Source: Octopus sinensis (taxonomy: Eukaryota). From it: a stretch of 5,005 nt of DNA. The translations under genes were made by a program, and so were the position numbers. Position 1 is the stretch's first letter, and each line of letters opens with the position of its first letter. Shown here in pieces: positions 1 through 5,005 of the stretch. The DNA is taken from the NCBI RefSeq assembly GCF_006345805.1, contig NW_021830235.1, positions 1 to 5,005 on the forward strand, read 5' to 3'. The notes under the pieces were generated by a model. The model saw nothing but the letters and a program-made list of their open reading frames with translations, was not told the DNA's origin and ran no database searches.

Positions 1-126
1 GAAGAGGATTTTGATGAAAAAAAGAAACAAATGAATTTAATAATAAAAACAACAACAAATAAATAAAAAAACAAAAAATCCCTGACAACCCCCCCCCCCA
101 AAAAAAAATGTAAAAAGAAAACAAAA
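1..126. repeat. A-rich low-complexity tract with a C11-A9 homopolymer junction
   Basis: Runs of A and AAC; C11 at 89-99 is directly followed by A9 at 100-108. Confidence 0.8.
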
Positions 127-258
127 ACCTCGCTGACGCGGAAGCGAAGTCTCCAGACTCTTTGGAATAAAATGTGGGTCTCTTTCATTCTCTATGTTAT
201 CAGTTAATATATTTTCACAAACTTGGTCTACCTTGAGGCGTGTGAGCGTGTGGGGTTG

Positions 259-346
259 TATATAAGAATATATACATATACACCAAAGGCTCATACACGC
301 ACACGTACACACACAAATATACATAGATATATATAAATGAATGTAT

Positions 347-380
<34 letters not shown>

Positions 381-546
381 GAATCAATGTATGTATGTTT
401 GTATGCATTTATGTATCTATGTATGCAATCATGTATATACGTAAATATATAATATACATACATACATACAAGCAAACATGTATGAGTACATGTATGAGTA
501 CATGTATGAGTATGTGTGTGTGTATGAGTGTGTGTGTGTGTGTGTG
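259..546. repeat. Compound microsatellite (TA)n/(CA)n/(TATG)n/(TG)n, including a 12-bp unit repeated 3 times
   Basis: Read directly: (AT)n around 361-380, (TG)n around 529-546, and CATGTATGAGTA x3 at 477-512. Confidence 0.9.
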
Positions 547-736
547 CGTATTACTGCATTCTGCAGTTATGCATTTAAATATATTAAGGAACAATACAGT
601 CTGTATTACCAGATATTAGGCAGAAACTTTGGGTTCGTAGATTTTATTTAGATATTGTGTATCTATGGCACGCTTTATTCCACTCTCAGTAAAGCAGTCT
701 TATTGCATGCATACAATGTATATAACAGTGGTGTAT

Positions 737-755
737 ACACACACACACACACACA

Positions 756-788
<33 letters not shown>
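737..788. repeat. (AC)n followed by (AT)n microsatellite
   Basis: (AC)10 at 737-756 and (AT)n at 760-788. Confidence 0.95.
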
Positions 789-789
<1 letters not shown>

Positions 790-884
790 CGTTAAACCCT
801 CCTTCTTTCCTGAGCGTCCAATAATACTATATTTGTTCCACGTCCTCGCATTGTGTTTTTTTGTGCTTTCATGTTTGGATTAAC

Positions 885-1032
885 TATATATATATATATA
901 TATATGTATCTATGTATGTATGTATATATATACAGAGGGAGAGAGAAAGAGAGATAGATAGATGGATGTGTGCGTGCGTGCGTATGTGCGTGCGCGCGAG
1001 TGTGTATATATATATGTATAAATATATTTATA
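885..1032. repeat. Compound microsatellite (TA)n/(TATG)n/(GA)n/(GATA)n/(TGCG)n
   Basis: Successive short tandem units read directly from the sequence. Confidence 0.9.
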
Positions 1033-1394
1033 AGAGATAATGGTGTCACGAAGACCCAAAGGCGTCAGGTAATGCTGAATAAGTGCTATAGACAGACCAT
1101 AGTTAAGTTCCAGATTCGGTAATGTTGCGAATAAAGGATTCATCGTTGGTTCTATGTCAGCTTGTGTATATAAGATTTTTTTTTTGCGTAATAAGATAAA
1201 AAAACCTAGGCTGTGTAGATATTAGAGCATTTATAGATAGAAGGCCTTGCAGCTGTTTCTAGGATATTTATATATAATATCCCTTCATCGGAGACGGTGT
1301 GAGAGGATAGTTAAGCCATAGTTAGTTTAGATGTGTTACAAAATAGAGAGTGGGGTGGAGGAAAGAAAATAGACTCTTGTATTCGCGATCATTT

Positions 1395-1640
1395 GTGGTG
1401 GTGCATGGCTTAGCGGTTAGGGTGTTGGACTCATGATTGCAAGATTGTGGTTTCGATTCCTGAAACGGGCAGCACATTGTGTTTTTGAGCAAAACTCTTC
1501 ATTTCACCTGGCTTCAGTCCACTCAGCTGGCAAAAATATGTAATCCTGCGATAGACCGGTGTCCTATCCAGGGGTTAATATATACGCCATGAGAACAGAG
1601 AAACTAGCCCTATGTGTCTATATGACTCGACAAGGATCTT
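1395..1640 (+). mobile_element. tRNA-derived SINE, group 1 (head plus CORE-like segment plus tail type a)
   Basis: A box TGGCTTAGCGG at 1406-1416 and B-box-like GTTTCGATTCC at 1450-1460. These are followed by TTGTGTTTTTGAGCAAAACTC...CAGTCCACTCAGCTGGCAAAA, which resembles the CORE-SINE domain. The first ~140 bp align to the reverse complement of 4015-4150. The 3' boundary is approximate and no target-site duplication is seen. Confidence 0.85.
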
Positions 1641-1648
1641 TCCCCTAT

Positions 1649-1848
1649 GCTATTGTTTGGCCATAGGTCAGCTTCGATTCGGCTGACCTACGATGAGAAC
1701 ATTCTATCGGAGACAATCTATCTTTTTTTGTGTATCAGAGACTACATTCTTTAATGAATTCTTCCTTTCTGAAAGGGAGAGGATGTGATTTGCTGGAGTT
1801 TTGGTTGCTATTTCTAGCTTATCAAATGAATATATAGAGGCCAACCTA
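1649..1848 (-). mobile_element. ~200-bp interspersed repeat (probable retroelement 3' end or non-tRNA SINE) with a terminal stem-loop, copy 1
   Basis: Perfect 9-bp stem TAGGTCAGC (1664-1672) / GCTGACCTA (1682-1690). A second diverged copy starts 200 bp downstream. Minus polarity is inferred from a degraded AAC-like tail just after the hairpin on that strand. It resembles a common octopus repeat from memory only. Confidence 0.55.
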
Positions 1849-1953
1849 GTTATCGTTTAGCGCCTTGTCAGCACAGACTGAGCAGACCTACAATCAAAGG
1901 AGTTCCAACTGGGAGACTATCTTATCTGCCTATCAGAAACTATATTGTCTATG
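1849..1953 (-). mobile_element. Partial diverged second copy of the ~200-bp hairpin repeat
   Basis: Shared blocks with copy 1: GTCAGC 1667/1867, GACCTAC 1685/1885, GGAGAC 1709/1912, TATCAGA 1733/1931. Confidence 0.6.
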
Positions 1954-1974
1954 TGATCTCTTTTAGAGAAGCCA

Positions 1975-2066
1975 GTGTACATATTCACACAAGCACGCAC
2001 TCACATACGTACATGTGTTTGTATATATTTATATCATCTATGTGTGTGTACGTGTCTGTGTGTCTG
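1975..2066. repeat. Degenerate (CA)/(TA)/(TG) microsatellite
   Basis: Alternating purine-pyrimidine low-complexity tract. Confidence 0.7.
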
Positions 2067-2070
2067 TAAA

Positions 2071-2282
2071 GGCGGCGAGTTGGCAGAATCGTTAGCACCC
2101 GGACAAAATGTTTAGCTGCATTGTTTCCGGATTTACGTTTCAGTTCAAATATCGCCGAGATCGATATTGCTTTATATCTTTTCGAGGGTAGAGAAAATAA
2201 GTACCAGGTGAGCGGTGGGGTCGATGTAATGGACTGATCGCTTCCCGAAAATGTTCAAGCCTTGTGTCTCTAGAAGAAAGAA
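2071..2282 (+). mobile_element. tRNA-derived SINE, group 2, near full length
   Basis: Starts GGCGGCGAG; A-box-like TGGCAGAATCG at 2081-2091; B-box core GTTCAAAT at 2143-2150. Exact reverse-complement blocks are shared with 4323-4529: 15 bp (2076-2090 vs 4515-4529), 14 bp (2194-2207 vs 4397-4410) and 16 bp (2216-2231 vs 4373-4388). Confidence 0.9.
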
Positions 2283-2283
2283 T

Positions 2284-2381
2284 ATACTATACTATACTAT
2301 ACATACATACATACATACATACATACACACACACATACATACATATATACATACACACACATACATACATACATACATACA

Positions 2382-2415
<34 letters not shown>

Positions 2416-2520
2416 CATACATACACACACACATACATACATACATACATACACACACACATACATACATATATACATACACACACATACATACATACAT
2501 ACATCATACATGCATACATA
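2284..2520. repeat. (ATACT)3 followed by a long (TACA)n microsatellite with CA/TA interruptions
   Basis: Read directly; contains an exact 74-bp internal duplication (2305-2378 = 2431-2504). Confidence 0.95.
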
Positions 2521-2575
2521 AGACGGGTTTTCGTTAAGTTTCCGTCTATCAATTAACTCAGAGGGTTCTGGTTGG
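2521..2575 (-). mobile_element. Probable 5'-truncated SINE/LINE 3'-terminal fragment with a small stem-loop
   Basis: A 55-bp complex island between (TACA)n tracts, with stem AGACGG (2521-2526) / CCGTCT (2542-2547). The minus strand reads ...AGACGGAAACTTAACGAAAACCCGTCT then (TATG)n, like a retroelement end with a microsatellite tail. Family identity is from recall only. Confidence 0.5.
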
Positions 2576-2620
2576 TATATGTATATATGTATACATACAT
2601 ACATACATACATACATACAT

Positions 2621-2655
<35 letters not shown>

Positions 2656-2795
2656 AGTATATATATATATATATATATATATATTCTATATATATTATAT
2701 ATATATATTTATATTATATACTTATAAATATATATAATACACACAATGCTCACACTCATATGTATACGTATGTTGTACGTATGTGTGCTGTCTGT
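2576..2795. repeat. (TACA)n plus long imperfect (TA)n, grading into CA/TG low complexity
   Basis: (TACA)n at ~2591-2622 and (TA)n at ~2624-2738. Confidence 0.9.
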
Positions 2796-3033
2796 CTGTG
2801 TGAGGTGCTATTTTAGTTCTTCCTCCTATTGTTGGTTGCAACATCCGCTCTAAGATTGTTCTTGGAGGAAGATTTCCTGTCAAGTTCAATGGGTGTGTTT
2901 CTTTGGATGTGCTTCTCATAATTGCTATCACAGACACTTAGGTTCTCTCCCCATTGCCTGTTCTAACAAATGTTTACGTTTTGGTTAAGGGTCAGCTGCG
3001 AAAAACGGTTTAATTGTTTTCCGTCGTAGCCAA

Positions 3034-3453
3034 TTAATTATTGATAATTGTAATTATATAAGTGATGAGGAAGATTATAGACATGATAATGGTCGCGATA
3101 ATGAGTAAGCGTATAACGGTGGTGAAAGAGGTGTGTACAGTGATGATGGTTACGGTAATGTTTGTGTTGGTGTTGATGGTGGCAAAGGAGGATATTGAGT
3201 GCAGAGTTGGTATAGAAAGGGGCAATGATGACGAAGTGGTGGTGATGATGATGGCGGCAGTAATGGCGGTGGTGTTGGTAGCGTTGGATTAACTGATAAA
3301 GGATATGGCGTTGGTGTTGGCGATTGTGTTGATGGTGGTGTTACTAGATGCAGGTCTTTTGATGGTGGTGGTAGCGGCGGCAGCGGTGGTGGTGGTGGTG
3401 GTGGTGTGGTGAGCTGTGAAGCTCGGTATCGGATGCAGAGTTGGTGGTGATGT
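3034..3453. repeat. Decayed trinucleotide low-complexity tract (GAT/GGT/GTG)n
   Basis: G/T-skewed triplet periodicity, with near-perfect (GGT)n at ~3385-3410. The ORFs here are compositional artefacts rich in M/V or T/I. Confidence 0.85.
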
Positions 3454-3593
3454 CATCGAGCCTAGTATTCAACTGGTACTTATGTAATCGACCACGAAAG
3501 GATGAAAGGCAAAGTCGACCTCAGAGCGTAAAGAGAGACGAATTGCCGCTAAGCATTTTTCTGGCGTGCTAATGATTTTGTCAGCTCACCGCC
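3454..3593 (-). mobile_element. tRNA-derived SINE, group 2, B box deleted and 3' end missing
   Basis: The reverse complement starts GGCGGTGAGCTGACAAAATCATTAGC and aligns to 2071-2225 and to 4378-4529. It lacks the 16-nt B-box segment (junction 3522/3523), and homology stops at CATCGA 3454. Confidence 0.9.
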
Positions 3594-3622
3594 TTAATAA
3601 TAATAATATAATAATAATAATA

Positions 3623-3679
<57 letters not shown>

Positions 3680-3699
3680 TGATGATGATGATGATGATG

Positions 3700-3730
<31 letters not shown>

Positions 3731-3761
3731 TAATAATAGTAATAATAATAATGATGATGAT
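3594..3761. repeat. (AAT)n/(GAT)n microsatellite, probable tail of the SINE at 3763-4154
   Basis: Near-perfect trinucleotide tract abutting that SINE's 3' end on the minus strand. Confidence 0.95.
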
Positions 3762-3762
3762 G

Positions 3763-4154
3763 CTGAGACCCCCTTCGGTCATGACTGACCATGGGATTGC
3801 ACCTAGAAAGTTACCCTCCCAGACACGAGTCCGGGCAATGATGTTTATGGAAAACCAGCAGTCGCCCATGCATACCTATTTCTTTACAATCCACAAGGGG
3901 CTAAACATAGAGGGGACAAACAAGCATACCGTCCTCCCCTCTCCACGCCACCAGTGTTATCCAAGGGAAAGGCAAAGGCCGATACGGCTGGGCACCTGTG
4001 ACGTCGTAACTAATTTCTACAGCTGAGTGAACTGGAGCAACGTGAAATACAGTGTCTTGCTCAAGAACACAACACGCAGCCCGGTCCGAGATTCGAGCTC
4101 ACAACCTCACGATCGTAAGCTCGACTCTCTAACCACTGAGCCACGCGCCTTCAC
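3763..4154 (-). mobile_element. tRNA-derived SINE, group 1 (head plus CORE-like segment plus tail type b), apparently full length, interrupted by a 47-bp insert
   Basis: Minus-strand A box TGGCTCAGTGG at 4133-4143 and degenerate B box AGCTCGAATCT at ~4089-4099. CORE-like TTGTGTTCTTGAGCAAGACACTG...CACTCAGCTG follows. Exact blocks shared with 1395-1640: CACTCAGCTG, TTGAGCAA, ATTTCAC. It ends in a (CAT/ATT)n tail. Confidence 0.9.
3877..3923 (-). mobile_element. 47-bp insertion (severely 5'-truncated SINE tail) flanked by a 7-bp direct repeat GCATACC
   Basis: GCATACC occurs at 3870-3876 and 3924-3930. The insert carries the CCTTGTG-N9-GAAA motif also found at the 3' ends of the group 2 SINEs. 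Confidence 0.75.
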
Positions 4155-4161
4155 ATCCAAG

Positions 4162-4322
4162 AATAATATACTAAAATAATAATAATAATAATATAATAAT
4201 AATAATAATAATAATATAATAATAATGATGATAATAATAATATAATAATATATAATAATAATAATAAATAATAATAATAATAAAAATAATATAATAATAA
4301 TACACAACAACAATAATAATAA
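4162..4322. repeat. (AAT)n microsatellite with AAC/AT interruptions
   Basis: Read directly; lies between two minus-strand SINEs. Confidence 0.95.
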
Positions 4323-4529
4323 TGGTTTCAAATTTTTCCACAAGGACAGAAATTTTGGGGGAGGGGATGAGTCATTACATCGACCCCAGTCTTCAACTGG
4401 TACTTATTTTATGGACCTCGAAAGGATGAAATGTAAAGTCGACCTCGGTAGAATTTGAACTCTGAACGTAAAGACTGACGAAATGCTGTTAAGCATTTTG
4501 TCCAGCATGCTAATGATTCTGCCAACTCG
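4323..4529 (-). mobile_element. tRNA-derived SINE, group 2, lacking about 5 nt at the 5' end
   Basis: Minus-strand A-box-like TGGCAGAATCA and B-box core GAGTTCAAATTC at 4451-4462. It aligns with 2076-2280 and 3454-3588. A possible target duplication AACAATAATAA lies at 4309-4319 and 4531-4541. Confidence 0.9.
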
Positions 4530-4609
4530 TAACAATAATAAGATGACATTATGAGGAAGAAAATGGAGAAAAGGAAGTTTATTGTACCGAAAGGTTTATA
4601 TGCACGAAT

Positions 4610-4637
4610 ACACACATACACACACACGCACACTTAA

Positions 4638-4668
<31 letters not shown>

Positions 4669-4670
4669 TA
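4610..4670. repeat. (CA)n-(CT)n-(CA)n compound microsatellite
   Basis: Read directly; (CT)n at ~4639-4657. Confidence 0.9.
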
Positions 4671-4848
4671 CAGAGGCCTACATATACACATATGAATTGT
4701 GTTGTATTGTGCTGTTTGGTCAAAAAGGGTCAAGTGATGTCTGACTTTGAGGACAAAATCTTGAGGGGAGAGTAGTGTGAATGGGGTCTCTTGTGTGTGA
4801 AGAAGCCAGAAATGAATGAAGAAGCAATGTAGCCATTGTCTTCCCTGC

Positions 4849-4925
4849 TGTGTGTGTGTGTGTGCATGTGCATCTCTATAATTGTCTGTGTCTGCTTGTG
4901 TGTTTGTGTGTCTGTGTGTGTATGT
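4849..4925. repeat. Imperfect (TG)n microsatellite
   Basis: Read directly. Confidence 0.85.
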
Positions 4926-5005
4926 AATCAGATACGCGTGGACAAATTTATATGCGAGCGCCTTTTTGCTTCTTCCCATTTCAAATTTTGTATTGTTTAA
5001 CATTG

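Noticed and set aside
129-231. Possible minus-strand exon encoding VDQVCENILTDNIENERDPHFIPKSLETSLPRQR
   Set aside because: The acceptor (AAG with a poor pyrimidine tract) and the donor (GAG/GTTTTT) are both weak, and I do not recognise the peptide. It cannot be supported without RNA data.
553-607. Short inverted repeats ACTGCA/TGCAGT (553-567) and AATACAG/CTGTATT (593-607)
   Set aside because: Arms of 6-7 bp in AT-rich DNA are within chance expectation, and there is no supporting context.
1035-1074. Possible plus-strand micro-exon ending at the good donor CAG/GTAATG (1066-1074)
   Set aside because: The upstream acceptor is TAAG in a TA-rich context with no pyrimidine tract. An isolated donor-like motif is expected by chance.
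37-1143. ORFs 37-408, 215-475, 395-619, 409-594, 665-883, 792-1049 and 910-1143
   Set aside because: Mostly translations of di- and tetranucleotide repeats (YI, HT, VC runs), with no recognisable domain.
1855-1868. GTTTAGCGCCTTGT resembles GTTTAGCCCCTTGT on the minus strand of the 47-bp insert
   Set aside because: The match is short and opposite to the inferred polarity of the 200-bp repeat, and it lacks the full CCTTGTG-N9-GAAA motif. Treated as coincidence.
2251-2616. Stacked ORFs on both strands with YIHT and MYVC repeats
   Set aside because: A direct artefact of (TACA)n, which has no stop codon in any frame.
3200-3445. 12-bp direct repeat TGCAGAGTTGGT at 3200-3211 and 3434-3445
   Set aside because: Too short and embedded in G/T low complexity. 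It does not bracket any recognisable element, and at most reflects an old local duplication.
3034-3869. M/V-rich, T/I-rich, poly-I, poly-Y and poly-M ORFs
   Set aside because: Translations of trinucleotide tracts and SINE sequence.
4070-4154. SINE heads as genuine tRNA genes (also 1395-1470, 2071-2160, 4440-4529)
   Set aside because: A/B boxes are present, but I could not build a complete cloverleaf with an acceptor stem, and each continues into a shared SINE body.
4474-4500. Hammerhead-ribozyme-like CTGACGA followed by the stem AATGCT/AGCATT
   Set aside because: The required GAAA after stem II is absent (TTGT follows). The stem is explained by the tRNA-derived SINE head on the opposite strand.
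4656-5003. 115-aa minus-strand ORF and the unique stretch at 4700-4848
   Set aside because: The ORF starts at a TTG at the window edge and runs through (CA)n repeats, with no recognisable protein or convincing splice signals.
1-5005. CRISPR array or prokaryotic operon
   Set aside because: There are no regularly spaced 23-50 bp repeats with unique spacers and no long ORFs. The composition is that of a repeat-rich animal genome.

Overview
AT-rich eukaryotic non-coding DNA, probably intronic or intergenic, made mostly of microsatellites and short interspersed retroelements. I find no credible protein-coding gene, RNA gene or CRISPR array. Most ORFs in the track are translations of (TA)n, (CA)n, (TACA)n, (AAT)n or (GAT/GGT)n tracts, and the rest are short and unrecognisable. 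Five tRNA-derived SINE copies carry Pol III A/B-box heads and fall into two groups that can be aligned inside the window. Group 1 is 1395-1640(+) and 3763-4154(-), which share a head plus CORE-like segment but have different 3' halves. Group 2 is 2071-2282(+), 3454-3593(-) and 4323-4529(-). There is also a 47-bp SINE-tail insert with a 7-bp target duplication, a 55-bp SINE-tail fragment, and a ~200-bp hairpin-bearing repeat with a partial tandem copy. From memory these repeats and the microsatellite density match octopus (coleoid cephalopod) genomes, but that assignment is unverified recall. The most interesting observations are a conserved CCTTGTG-N9-GAAA 3' motif in three otherwise different tails, a nested inverted SINE layout that could fold into long dsRNA, and the nested insertion. 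I see no strong evidence for a new biological system.
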